Shown: piece after piece, positions 1-13,265 of the stretch | How the letters are laid out: the number at the start of each line of letters is the position of its first letter | Numbering within the stretch: the stretch's first letter is position 1 | Assembly: GCF_018977255.1 (NCBI RefSeq) | Contig: NW_024704743.1 | Location: 91,700,001 to 91,764,000 of the forward strand | Length of the DNA: 64,000 nucleotides | Direction: 5' to 3' | Origin: Callorhinchus milii | Lineage: Eukaryota | Position numbers and translations under genes: made by a program | The notes under the pieces: model-generated | Database searches by the model: none | What the model was told of the DNA's origin: nothing | The model's input: only the letters and a program-made list of their open reading frames with translations

Positions 1-2254
1 ATGGGGAATATATTAGGCATCATGCCATGAGAAAGCTCAGGGCTGCCCTTGCTGCCCCAGTACAAATTCTCCTGACCTATTCTGCTTTCAGCCAGCAGCA
101 GAATCAATTTCATGAGACATCTGTCCTTGCAACAGATGCTCTGGCCCACTTGTTCAGGTTACCTAATATGAGGAGAAAAATTAGCTGCTTTCATGTGATG
201 AATAGAATAATTTTGCAAAAAGGAATTATGGAACTTACTGGTTCCTTTTGCCAAAATATTTCATGAATTGCTGCTTATTCATGACACTGGCCTTTAAAGA
301 TATCTTTGATTAAGTTCCATCCTTTCCAGTTAATAAGAGGCCCAAACAGCTGTGAATTCCTCTTGAAAATAATAGAAATATGCAAAATCTCTGCATGGCA
401 AAGGGTACTCAATGAAATTATTCAAACGAGGAATGGATTTCACATTGACGTTCACATTATTTTGTAACAATTTCAGAAAATTAATTTCAGTCATTACATT
501 TTTCTAACATTCTCATCTCAATTATATTAACAGATTTGTCCGGTAGCATCTTAAATGATTAGGATGGATTTACTGAATTCTTCTTTTTATGTTGTAAATG
601 TGTCTCTTTACGTACCGGAGCTTAAGTGATCTGATCACCAGGTTTAGACATGTTCCTTGTATAGATAAAGTCAGCTTTACTGATTGTTCCATTTATGCCA
701 GATCCTAGTCCAGAGGGAATTAGAGAATAATTACTTTCTATTCTATTTCAGTTCTTTGTGTGTTTCTCAGATACACTAAAGAAAGCAAAGTGGGTCATAA
801 GAAAATAGAGCATCGCAGTCATTGACATGAACACAGAAAGTAGTCAACAAGTAGGAAAAGATGATTTGATGGAATATGGAATATCCACCAATGACCTAAT
901 AGGTAAAGGACCCACAGAATCCCTGCCTGTGCTGAGTTAGCTAATCGTACCCATGATAGATACTGGGGTTCTACATTTAACCTCAACATTCCTGAATTGT
1001 TTGGGAAATGCAAATTAGCCCTGCTTTTCAATATGGATTGCTAGCCAGCGACCCCAATTGAAAAGTGTGAATCTTGAATAAGGATTGGGCTTGGCTATCC
1101 TTGGCATACCTCTACATTTGATTAGAGTGTTGAAGTTTATACACAAGTACCACATCTGATGTAAATGAAAATGCATACCCAGCACTAGAAAGCGACTTCA
1201 GGAGAGGATTATATATTTTTTTAAAAAGTAGTATTCATTCCCTTCACGAAAGGGAACTATATAAATGCAAGTCACTATTGTTTTTGTTGTTGCATCCTCA
1301 CTGGTAATCATTGAGCTTTTACCAAGTGGAAGGAAAAAAATATTAAAATCACTGTGGTAGGGGGGTGAAAAACCTGGAGCCAAATTGCCAGGAAAAGACA
1401 TGTCAACAAATAGAGTTACTTGCGACTCTGCAAGTTTCCTGTTTTTTTGAGCTCCCAAGCAGTTTTGTGCAAAAAGTCATAATGCCTCACTAAACAAATT
1501 TTAAATTTATTAAAATAAGTTTTAATGTGTGTTATTTTTAAAGAATCTACTGATATATTTTTTAAAAGTCTGAAAAGTTTGGGAGCAGAGAGAAGGCAAA
1601 TGCATGAAAACTCCCCAGAGTATTACTGAGCCATACGTCTTAAGATAACAACAACAGCTTGCATTTATATAGTGCCCTTCATGCAGGGTAGCATCCCAGA
1701 GTACTTTAGTTTTCATTTCATTTCTGTTATTATCCTTACACCTTTAGATAATAATAATAATAATCCTTGCATTTGATTAAGTGCCTTATCACATCTTTGA
1801 GATGTCTCAAAATGTTTCATAGCATTTTGAGTACAGTAGATATTCACAGAGTACACATTTAGATAGGAGATACTGTTCCAAACAGCAGCCCTGCATGTAT
1901 TGATCCAGTCGCAGCATTAATGTGCTTGCAAATGTTCCAATTGTTCTATTCCTTTCATGAGCCAAAGGAATACTGTAATTGCATAATTAACTCTTAGGCA
2001 ATTATTTGCTGCTTGTTGGTACATTTACTGAACTCAGGTAGTGAGTCTGTAATATTCTTCACTTATCGATAAATTCGCCGACCTTTGGCATTGTGCACTT
2101 AGAAAGGCAAATCCCATTAGATGTGCACACTATCAAGGGTTGGTATATTTAAAGACAATAACAGCATCATGCAGTCCAGTCAGTAGGGCATATATTAAAT
2201 TCCCCACTGTATGCCTAGGTCTCACTGATGTCTCTTGATAGAACAGTTCATAGT

Positions 2255-2600
2255 CCTTACAGTTAACATAGCATCTTTCACTTTGGGAGGACATTTCCAA
2301 GTGCTTCATATGATTCCCTGTAAAGTGTAAAGTAACTGTATTTGTTCCACAAACAGTCACAACATGAATGACCACTTGTATCCAGGGATTATTGGGCAGG
2401 ACAGTAATCAAGACTGCCACAGGATCTTTAATGTGCACCTGAACAAGCAGAAGGGACCTGGGTTCAATTGGAAATCCTTACTTCCAACAATGAGGTACAC
2501 CCCCAACACTGGAGTATCAGTTTAACCTCTGAGCTCAAAAGGGCTCGAGGGATTTGAACCCACAACCTTCTGACTCAGTACTGTGAACTGAACCAGGCTG
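2255..2600 (-). mobile_element. Older Deu-domain SINE remnant
   Basis: CCACAGGATCTTTAATGTGCACCTGAAC and head-like GGATTTGAACCCACAACCTTCTGACTCAG, both read on the + strand. Confidence 0.7.
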
Positions 2601-3834
2601 ACACAAAATGACAAGCATATGTGAGCTGCATGGAGTTTATAAGGGAGACACAGATTGCTGGAGAACTTTGAGCTGGACAAATAAATCACCATTCAGTTTT
2701 GTCTCATGTAATAATCACTTACCCAGTTTATAGTGTACACAGTCAGGAAATTGATACAGAACCATAGACAGTATTAAATGTTAGGAAATGGTCACATTTT
2801 ACCCTATGGGTATTGTAGATTGCTTGGTTAATGACCCATACAGTCATATGCAAGAAGCCTCCATACACACCATGCTGCTTGTTTCAAAGTCACCTAACAC
2901 CCCACAGAGAGCGACTTAAGGGTGAAGGAGTATAACAACTTTTAACAACAAATTAAAGCAACGTCGAAGGAGATGACTCAACCAATTGACCCATTCACAA
3001 TCAATAAATTACAATTAAATTAGGCAACCAATGTCTATTTGATATCAGTTTCCTATGGGGGTGGGTGGAGAATGTGATAACTACTTTAAAATTTTTATAT
3101 TCAGTTTTATAAACAACTTCCAAATTAACAATAGTGCCTTTCGTGTTGGGTGGATGTCCCAAAGAGCTTCAAAGGCTATATTGTAAAGTATAAACTAAAT
3201 GTGTGATTTGTGGGTGAATTTTCCATAATTCTGTGTTAAGACAAAATAATGAATTTCAGACTCCTGTTTGCTTCCATGATGCAGTCATTTGTCTCTTCCT
3301 CTTCGCGCAGGACATTCACATTGTAGCTATTTCTTCCAAGGCTTTTAAATTCCATTAGATTATGCATGATGCGTGTCCATCCCAAATGCCTTTAAACTTT
3401 ACAGCAATCAAGTCAAAAAACCTTCACCATTGTGCTCACCAGTATGACTTTCCCCCTGCGTGATGCAGACACAGGTAATTTCAGCTATGTTCTTGATGCC
3501 ATGTTCTATTGGTGGCACTCTGGAGCCCACCTATTTGGAACTCCATATGTCTACTCTGAATGCATTATAAAGTTGTTTGATTGACAGGTGCAAAAATGCC
3601 TTAACCTAAAAATGGGTTGAACCAGGAAACTGAATTTCAAAAATGAATCACACTACAGACATTTGTGCAACTAATACATTTGCATATATGCAAATACAAT
3701 AATTAAAATGAGCTCGCTGTTTTCGCTCCTTGTCAATTAAGTGGGCCAAATGCTCACATCCATTGTTTTATCAAAGACAATCCTCACATCTGTTTAAACA
3801 CTGAGAGTATTCTCCACTATAATCAGTATCAATG

Positions 3835-4010
3835 CAATCACTGTCAACCTTTAACATGAGACATGTTATACAATCACTGTCAACCTTCAGCGCGAGCTGT
3901 GTTGGACAGTACCTGCCAGATTTTTAATACACAGTATGAGATTCGCTGGAAGCTTGCTGTCGACCTTTAATATGAGAATTAATAGTACTGTTAGCCTTCG
4001 GTTTGAAATG
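3835..4010. repeat. Degenerate ~36-bp minisatellite (4-5 units)
   Basis: CAATCACTGTCAACCTT at 3835 and 3871; diverged CTGTCGACCTTTAATATGAG and CTGTTAGCCTT follow. Confidence 0.7.
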
Positions 4011-5800
4011 TGTTTGTTTTGGATGACATATTTTTTAAGCTAAATTGTTTTGAAGCCTCAATACTGGCTACTGTTTAAAGATTTATTCAAGTGTGCCTGC
4101 GCAAATTCATGACATTAATACGTGTGTGTAAATGCAGTAGTAATTTGATCTCTAGTTTGATAGCTGGGCAAAGTGTTAAAATGCACTATACATTAAATTG
4201 ATATTCTTCAGTCTCATTGTGTGCAAATTGGCTGCTTCATTTGCCTACAAAATACACAGGCACTACATTTTGAAGCTCTTTGAGACATCCTCCTGATGTC
4301 AAAGACACTATTATCAAATGCAAGAATTATTTTTTATCATAACATTCTCACTGTATGGGGGGGAGGTATTGATTATCCACTTTTACCGATCTTATAACAG
4401 AATGGATTCTGCCGTTATTGGCACATTTCACAGGTTTGACATTTATTAATAAGTAGAAAATAATATACGCTTACCCACCTTTGTAAAAATACAAATAGAA
4501 AACATTTATCTTGTCCAGAGTGGTATGTGCCTATAGAAGGCTTGCTAATGTTAGATAATGTAACAGGACTTCAGCATGGTCAGTGAGCCACCTGGGATGT
4601 TTGGCTTCCAATTTTCCACAATATCTGTGTAATATGTTATGCATTAAACCTTCATAATGATGCCTGCCAACTAGATTTGAGGATATGGTTGCCTGGAGAC
4701 ACCTGAATTTGACACATTTCTCTCCAGTTTGTAATTATACCTTGCCAAGATACATTTTACACTTTACAGATCTTTACTATCAGAACAAAATAAATAAAGC
4801 TTGTGAACTTGAAAAGGTTACACCAGAGTGTAATTTGTGGTGTTTCTTAAGATTTCCAGCTAATTTTCAGATTGCTAGGATATGAGTTCATGCCCACAAA
4901 CCCCTATGTGGTGTGAAAATTAGACCGTATTATTTTGTTTGTGTAATTGTATGTAAAATTCCCAAATTACAAAGCAATATAATTATTCCAGTCAAGTTCA
5001 AATACAGTGTGCGGATCAGGTAGAACATTCGACTTCCACTTAAGAGGCTGTTACTTAATGTAGTATTTGCAAAATATAATTTAATTTTAAAATGTAAGAA
5101 AAACACTAAGTTAATTCAGAGTACTAAGATATGTATTATACATTTTTTTCTTCCTTTTCTTAAGTATAAATGTCCTGCTTCCAGATCTCGCCCAGTGCTG
5201 CTTTGCAACCGGCCACTTGGAGGTGCTCAAAGGTGATGTGGTGCTGATCTCCAATCCTCTCCTTGTAGGGAAATGCTTTCTCTCCATCACTTAACGGATG
5301 AGATACAATGCTACCACATAGAGGTCGTGGGCACAATCCACCATGCTATATAATGAAACTCCGCTTTAGTTTGGAAGTTTGCTGCCAGCGCCTTGGGATG
5401 TCATCCCGACGTGAAAGGCGCTATACAAATGTAATTTTTTTTGTTGTTTGCTGTTCCCTGACACTGGGCCAGGGCAATATCCCCTTGCTTTATGCTAGGG
5501 GTGAACGCAGTAATGTATTACATGACTGATGGAGATTTTACAAGTTTTTAATTTTCATTTCATTCACCTGGATAGAAAAGTCAATACTTTTGGATATCTT
5601 GTTAACAGATGCTGGTCTGAATCAGATAAACCCCAGGAGTTAGCTGCTGTGGTTTGTACTCTTTACCCTTCTCTCAGGAGTTCCATATAAGCAAATGCAC
5701 TGGGCGATTGGGACACAGCAACACTCAATCACTTGGGCAGAGATGCTTCATTTGCTGAACAGTTCAAAATTGTGGTGAGAAAGAGTCATTCTCTTTCTCA

Positions 5801-6122
5801 CCTGTAGCTCAGTGGTTAGAGCACTCGCTTTGCGAGCGAGAGACCTGGGTTCAGTTCCAGGCAGGTCAGGGCGAAACCTTGGGCAAGTTTCCTTACTCCA
5901 CACGCCTAATAATAATCCCTCCAAAACAAAAAACAATAACAAATTGGTCATTTTCAATCTACGACTGTTTGTGGGACATTGCTGTGCGCAATTGGCTGCC
6001 GCGTTCGCCCACAAATATACAGTCAATTCACTTTACAGTGTGTTCTGTGAAGCGCTTTGGGACGTGCTCCCGACGTGAAAAGCGCTATATCAAATGCAAG
6101 GATTATTATTATTATTATTATT
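5801..6122 (+). mobile_element. tRNA-Ala-derived composite SINE, short variant, near full length
   Basis: A box TAGCTCAGTGG, anticodon arm CTCGC-TTTGCGA-GCGAG, B-box-like GGTTCAGTTCC, Deu-like body GCTGTGCGCAATTGGCTGCCGCG, L2-like tail and (TTA)n. Confidence 0.93.
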
Positions 6123-6519
6123 CAGAGAATACCTGTCACAGGCATTCCTTAATTATGACACAATAGAGGATTAAAAGGGATCAGAACAAGACCACTAATC
6201 TTTAGAGCATTGAAGAAGGAATTTAAGAACAAAACAATATTATAAATTCTGTATATTCCAAAGTAGATACTACTTAAATGAAGAATCACCTTGAAGAAGT
6301 ACTTTGAGAAACATATTTTGAAAACTACATATGATGTTTAGAGTTCAAATGATTAAAATAGTAGATCTGCAACTTTTTAGACACCTCAGAAATTAGGCAA
6401 CTCACTATTCAGTACTTTCACCTGAAACTGATGGTAACCAAAATCCTAAACTCACCGATGTGGGCACTTCACCAACAAGGGCAAAATAGCCGAGTCTACT
6501 AACTGTCCTTAATACAATA

Positions 6520-6820
6520 GATCACAAGAGAGGTTTGGATAAAGAAGTCTCTTTGGCTCATCTGATCGTATCTTATTAGAATACCCATCCTCCCACCACA
6601 ACATGAAATTGATTTTTTTTTAAATGAGTCCAATGTGCTGGCCTCAACTATCCATCCTGGTAACCTGTCCCAATCGCTAATTGCCCTCTTGGTAAAGAAA
6701 GACTTCCCGCTGAAATAGCCCTTTGCATCTCTGAACCTATGTCTTCTTGTTCTGCTGTCTTGGTGAATCCTAGAGTATTGTTCTGGGATCACCTTTTTAT
6801 TCGCATTTAAAATTTTAAAT
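6520..6820 (-). mobile_element. Old CR1-like 3' end
   Basis: SRTRRHRF, FFTKRAISDWDRLPGWIVEASTLDSFKK. Related copies at ~29870-29990 and ~47690-47870. Confidence 0.75.
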
Positions 6821-8828
6821 ACAGGTTGATTTTCAAATGTAATGAGCGAGAGAACCTCAGCAAGACTTCAGTACCTTTGCAGCAGGCAGAAAAATGTACA
6901 CCTGAGACCCTCGTCCTAATCGCCTTTCAGAGACCACCCCCCACCCCCCCCCCCAACTGAATGGTCCACATGAATGTCAGGTGATGACAGGATTGGGCTT
7001 GGTTGTAAGCTGCCCCACAGAATAACCTATCAAGGTTCATGCATGAAAAATGTTCACTTGGGAGTGGACCCGGAGGATGCCTTGAACCCATGGAACCGTG
7101 CCCCAGAAGAAGGAAGAAGAGTCAAATGTGGAGAAATATTGGAAGGAAAAAAGCAAAACAATACAGCTGATGCCTGAGTGTTTGATCCTGACAATAGATG
7201 CAAAATGGGAAAGTGTTCCATTTCTCAGAACTACGTTTTGCTCACTGGGAGCACAAAATTCATAGGAAAAGAAATGGTAATAAGCGAAGGCTCTGCCGCA
7301 TTGATGGAATGTTTGTTCTTCACACTCTCAATCTTGGTGCTTTCAGAGCAGCGAGTGTTGAATTAGGCGTCAGATTGGAGACTATTTTCAAGCAGTTAAG
7401 GCTCACATCCACTGGGAAATAGACTGAGCTTTCCTGAACTAAGATCTCCTGTGAGCTTAACATCTGGTCTGCAGTAATACCACAGATGCAAGTTTAAGAT
7501 AAATTTAGGTGTTAAAATACGCGAATAAAATTTTTTGCTTGAAGCAAACTTTCAACTTTAGAATTCATTACTGTCATACTAAAAAGAAATTCCATGGAGT
7601 AAATCACTTGATCCTAATAATCAGAGAGATCGAAAATGAGCAGACTCCAAAATGAATTGCCATAGTGATAAAAAACACACTGCACAGAGAGATGTTCATT
7701 AATTTTTCAGACTTGACACCACCACCGCATCTAAAATTATACCCAGTGTTGAAAAGCACTGTTTTGTATTAGCACCTAACATCATTCAGCACATTACTCT
7801 GCAAAATAATTGGTGCTGATGTCCTTATTTATCTATTCTTGCAACAGTAAAAATCACTTTATTGCAAAGTGCATTACCATCCAGTTTAAGGCTCTAAGGC
7901 ATATATATATATATAACTATATATACATATATATAGTTATAAATTATTAAAACATAGTTTGCTGCAAGTGTAAGATTCCCCTCTAATATATAAACAGCTG
8001 AAAAATTTAAACAGGGCAGCTCAGGAGAATTAAAACCCAATGAGGGTTATTTTCAACAAACAACCCATCACGACTCCTAGGGACCACAAATGAACTATTC
8101 ATTTCTTCTTCCAAAAGAGGAAGCTCAGCAGCATTCTCTTCATTGTGTTCATAATGTTCTAATAGCTTGAAATATTTACAGCCCAAAAGAAAAACATTCA
8201 CAGCTTTATGAGTTTCTTATTCAGCACTAAAAGTTCTGCCCATGCTCCCTCTGGAATCATAAAAGTATAATATTTTGGGCTGTACTCGCAGGCACTGTAT
8301 TGATTATATCTACAACCTCGATATGCAAGGCCAATATATGTCTCAACAGTTTCTGATGATACCCAGTGAGTTGAAAACAGACTGCAAAGAACTTGTGAAA
8401 TGTACAAATACAAAAGTCACATGGGGGCCTGAGCTCTTGTGGGATTTTCATCTTCAGATTGGGGTGGGGGAGCAAAACAGGGAGGTGGTGGGGGGAGGAC
8501 AAATAAAGAATACCTTCTGTTTCTGTCTGAAGTCTGAGAAGCAGTTTTTCTTGAGGGACTGCTTATTGTGACTGTGCATATTTTAAAATGGTATTTAAAA
8601 AAAAATGTTTTGCTTGTCTCAAAATCTGAAATAAGGTAAACTGAGAAATGACATTAGTTTGTCAGATTTTATCTGATATGACAAACCCATATATCAGCTT
8701 CGTTAAATCTCATGAAGGTTTTGTACATTTTGGATTGTGAAGCACTACAGTCACAGTGTTGGTGGAGAGGACATTGAACAATCTTCCATTCCCAGGTATC
8801 CACAAAGAGGCTCACATAGAGACAATGC

Positions 8829-9183
8829 TAATAATGCTAGCATTTGATATAGCACCATATCATGTCTTCGGGAAATCTCAAAGTACTTCAAGAATATATT
8901 GACTGTATATTTTGTGGACGAAATGCGGCAGCCAATTGTACACAGCAGTGTCCCACAAACAGTCATGGATTGAGTGACCAAATTATTCTTTTTTTTGAAG
9001 GAATTATTACCCCTGAAAAAGAAATCTACCAATTGACTAACAACTCGGTTCCTATTTACTGCTAGGTAAACAGATGCGTATGGCGTAAGGAAACTTTCCC
9101 AATGTTTCTCCCTGCCAGGAATCGAACCCAAGAGCTCTCGGTTGCGAGTAGAGTGCTCTAACTACTAAGCTACAGGACTCCAC
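8829..9183 (-). mobile_element. Same SINE, long variant with an extra central domain
   Basis: Head GGAGTCCTGTAGCTTAG, B box GGTTCGATTCC, extra segment CTGTTTACCTAGCAGTAAATAGGAACC, same body and tail. Confidence 0.9.
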
Positions 9184-10775
9184 ACCTGTGTCACCATAAG
9201 TTTTAAAAAAACTACAAAGACTAAAACAAGCTGCCCAACAGAACAGAGAGACTGCAGTGGGGAAGGGGATGACAACTAAGTGTAAGCTATCTATAATCCC
9301 CTGTTATAGTGTTGGGAAGGCATCTGACATGAAATCTGTTTCAGGAATGAAAAATGCAGTTTATTTGTGAGCCTTTGATCCACATATCAGCTCCGATCAG
9401 ATCATTTTTTACAAAAATTACAACCGATTAGATCAGTTCAAAATGGGTGGAGACATTCCTTCTCAGTGACCTACAAATCTGTCTTAAAACTGCTTCACTG
9501 GTAAAGGAAAAGACCTTATTTAAACAGAAGCAAACAGGGTCAAGTCAGAAAAGAGAATGGCAGGTGGTATAGGGAGGGGGAAAGGAGGGCAGTTACTGTC
9601 TCTTCATAACTGTGATGGACTCGCGTCCTGATTTACGTGGAAGGTCAAGATTGAATTTGTTCTTGCAACCAGAATTTGCAAACTTCAATGCCCTTGACAG
9701 TAAATACAAACAATGTGGATTAGATAGTGGATTTGGAACCCACAGAGAGAAGCACTGAGGATATGCAGCCATTCTAAACCAATTTAATGCGTTTGAGCAT
9801 GCTACGATTTGCATGTCTCACACAGAGTGCAATAGATCCAGGCAATCATAATGCTTGATGAAATGGACATTGACAGTACTTTTGAGTTGGTCAATAGTCA
9901 TCGGTGAGACAGTTAGTCCAATTTTTCCAAACGTTCTGATTAAGTGTATCTTTGTGCATGCACTTTTCCGTCATGGTTCCGAGTTCCTGGACATGCAGCA
10001 AAGGCCCATTTGTGAAGCCTTGTCTAGTACTCCGATGTCCTAATCAAGAGTGAATTCAACAATTACCAAATTCTGGATGCTCTGAAATGTTACACAATTG
10101 CAAATCTAGACCCGGATGGAATTTCTCTCCAGAAATGTCTCAAAGTACTTCATAGTAAGTACTTTCAGGTGTAGTAATTATTTTTGTAGAGAAACCTGAC
10201 AAACATTTGAGGCGAGTGATCAATTTGATCAGGAAGAATTTTGTCCAGGAAATATCTTCCTTGTTTTTCAAATAGTACCACAGGATCTTTAAAGTCATCT
10301 AAAGAACAGGTAGAAGGGACTTTGTTTTAACGTCTCATCTGAAGAATGGCAACTAAAATAATGCCTCCCCTACTCCCCCCACCACCAGTAATGCCCTAGC
10401 GTACAAGTCTTTCTTAATGACGTACCACTAGATAGGCATGTGAATAATTCATTCATCCTCTGTTGAGAAGCAGTATCAGCATTGTGCTACATATTGTTTT
10501 CATGGCTAGCCTTGCTATAAATAATTCTTCTGACCCACATCCAAATACCAACAGATAACTTCCTTATAATCTCTGTTAAGCATTGCAGTGTAAGTCAACT
10601 CAGATGATGAGGCAGACCATTTTTTCACTACTAACTTATTACTCTCTACCAAGCTGTCTGATGTCCATTCACTCAGTCGTTTTTCAACTAAAGGCAAAAG
10701 TAATTAAAAGGGAATGTTCAAGGAAAATAATCCTCGGGAAGCAAAATGCAGTACTGTACAACAACAACGATTTCT

Positions 10776-11062
10776 GGGCAGGGCGAAACGTTGGGCAAGT
10801 TTCCTTACTATATACACCTCTGTTTACCTAGCAGGAAGTAGGAACCCGGCTGTTAGTTGATTGGTAGATCGCTTTAATGTAAATAAAAAATAATAATTTC
10901 ATCACTCAATCCACGGCTATTTGTGGGATACTGTTGTGCGCAATTGACTGCAGTGATTCACCCACAAATATACAGTCAATTCACTTTACAGTATATTCTG
11001 TGAAGCACTTTAAAACATCTCGAAGATGTGATAAGGCGCTGTATAAAATGCAAGTATTATTA
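10776..11062 (+). mobile_element. Same SINE, long variant, 5'-truncated
   Basis: GGGCGAAACGTTGGGCAAGTTTCCTTAC…CCTCTGTTTACCTAGCAG…, then body and tail. Confidence 0.9.
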
Positions 11063-11820
11063 GTCACGTAGGGTAGCGATCCAGAGTGCTTGACAGTGGC
11101 GGAGTCTGACACCGAGCCGGGGGGGGGGGAGGGAGGCGGGAGGTGACCATAAGCGCAGTCAAAAAGGAAGGTCTTTAGATGGGATTTGAAGATGGGGAGG
11201 GAGGGGTTAAAGTGGAGGGATTGAGGGAGAGATTTCCAGAGTTTCGGTGCATAGCGGCTGAAGGCACAGCCACTGATGGTGGAGCAGAGGTGATGAGGGC
11301 AGAACAGGAGGCCGGAACCAGCTGAGCGGAGGCAGCAGGTGGTGGACAAGGGTGTAAGCAGATTGGATAGGTAGGGAGGTGAGAGAGAGCATCTTGAAAT
11401 TGATCCATTCTGTAATTGGGAGCCATTGGAGCCGACAAGGACTGGTGTGATGGGGTATGACGTTTTGTCCAGGCGGCAGAGGTTCTGGATTAATTGAATT
11501 TTGTGTAAGGTGGAGCTGACGAGACCAGCGAGGAGGGCATTGGAATAGTCCAGTCAGGAAGTGACAAAGGCATGGACGAGGGTTTCAGCTGCGTTAGTTG
11601 TGAGGTATGGATGGAGGCGGGCAATGTGATGGAGGTGGAAAAAAGTGATCCTGGTCAGAGAACGGATGTGGGGTAGACAGGAAAACTGGGGATCGAACCT
11701 GACGCCTAAGTTGCGGGTTTGGTGAGTTTGAGGGAAAGCCCAGGGCGTTGAGGAGTTCAGACCTGCAGGAGAGAAGACAATAATGGGAGCCAAAGATATG
11801 GCTTCCATCTTGCCGACATT
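11063..11820 (-). mobile_element. L2 LINE 3' part (continues at ~13295-13385 beyond the CR1)
   Basis: [22 protein letters not shown] and FKSHLKTFLF. The upstream NFLQLN and HMYADDTQ pieces lie at 13295-13385. Confidence 0.9.
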
Positions 11821-13265
11821 CATAGAATCATACAATCGTACAGCACAAAAAGAGGCCATTTGGCCCATCGAGCCTGTGCCGGTTCTTTGAAAAGAGCAAC
11901 ATAATGTGAATCCCACTCTCCACCCCTTTCCCCATAACCCTACAAACCCGTCCTCCTCAAATACCTGTCCACCGTGTTTTTAAAAGTAGTTATTGAATCG
12001 GCCTCGACAACCCTTTCAGGCAATGCGTTCCAGATTCGAACAACTCGCTGCGTGAAAAAATTTCTTCTCACCTCCCCTCTGCTCCTTTTAGATACTATTT
12101 TGAATCTGTGACCTCGAGTCACCGACACACCCACCAGTGGAAATTGTTTTTCCCTTTCTAACCTTGTGGAGTCCTGTAGCTCAGTGGTTAGAGCACTCGC
12201 TTTGCAAGTGAGAGACCTGAGTTCAATTCCAGGCAGAGGGCGAAACCTTGGGCAAGTTTCCTTACTCCACACAGAGCCTAATAATAATCCCTCCAAAACA
12301 AAACAATAATAAATTGGTCATTTTCAATCTACGACTGTTTGTGGGACATTGCTGTGCGCAATTGGCTGCCGCGTTCGCCCACAAATATACAGTCAATTCA
12401 CTTTACAGTATATTCTGTGAAGCGCTTTGGGACGTCCTCCCGACGTGAAAAGTGCTATATCAAATGCAAGGATTATTATTATTATTATCAAATGCCCTCA
12501 TGATTTTGAAGACCTCTATTAGGTCTCCTCGTAACCTTCTCTGCTCCAATGAGAATAATTCCAGCCTCTCTCGCCTTTCCTCATAATCAAGGTCCCTCAT
12601 TCCTGGTACCATTCTTGTAAATCTCCTCTGCAGCCCTTCCAATGCCTTAACATTCTTCCTATAGTGTGGTGCCCAGAACTGGGCGCAGTATTCTAACTGA
12701 GGCCTAACCAGTGCTTTATATAGGTTAATCATAACCTCCTGTCTCTTGTACTCTATGCCTCTATTTATAAAGCCTAGTATCCCATATGCCCTTTTTACAG
12801 CTTTATCTACCTGTCCTGCCACCTTCAAGGATTCATTTGCCTGAACCCCCAGGTCTCTCTGTTCTTTTACCCCCCTTAAGATTGTATTACCAGCCTATAT
12901 TGCCTCCCCTCATTCTTTCTACCAAAATGCATTACCTCGCATTTCTCCACATTGAAATTCATCTGCCATGTGTCTGCCCATTTTACCATTCTGTCTATGT
13001 CTTCCTGCAGTTGGCTGCTATCCTTCTCACTGTTTACCACCCTACCTAACTTTGTGTCGTCCACAAACTTGGAAATGGTACTTGCTATACCCAAGTCCAG
13101 ATCATTTATGTTTATTAAGAAGAGCAGTGATCCTAATACCGATCCCTGGGGGACGCCACTGTACACTTCCCTCCGGGCAGATAAGTAGTCGTTCACCACA
13201 ATTCTCTGCTTTCTGTCTCCCAGCCAGTTCTGGATCCATGCTGCCACTGTCCCTTTTATACCATG
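11821..13265 (-). mobile_element. CR1 3' portion (RT C-terminal half + 3' UTR), nested in an L2 and carrying a SINE insertion
   Basis: Minus-strand ORFs with [57 protein letters not shown] and NFFTQRVVRIWNALP; tail GATTGTATGATTCTATG. Confidence 0.96.
12166..12488 (+). mobile_element. Same SINE, short variant, full length, inserted in a CR1
   Basis: Near-identical to 5801-6122; the flanks rejoin as continuous CR1 sequence (AACCT|ATCAAATG). Confidence 0.95.

Noticed and set aside
5801..5875. tRNA-Ala(TGC) gene (also at 12168, 28253 and 52923)
   Set aside because: There is no complete acceptor stem or Pol III terminator, and it continues into a repeated body and tail, so it is a SINE head.
7900..7942. 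AT-rich palindrome
   Set aside because: Explained by a (TA)n microsatellite.
9593..10043. GC-balanced unique stretch with several short ORFs
   Set aside because: All frames are interrupted and I recognise no domain; it may be an old repeat or conserved non-coding DNA.
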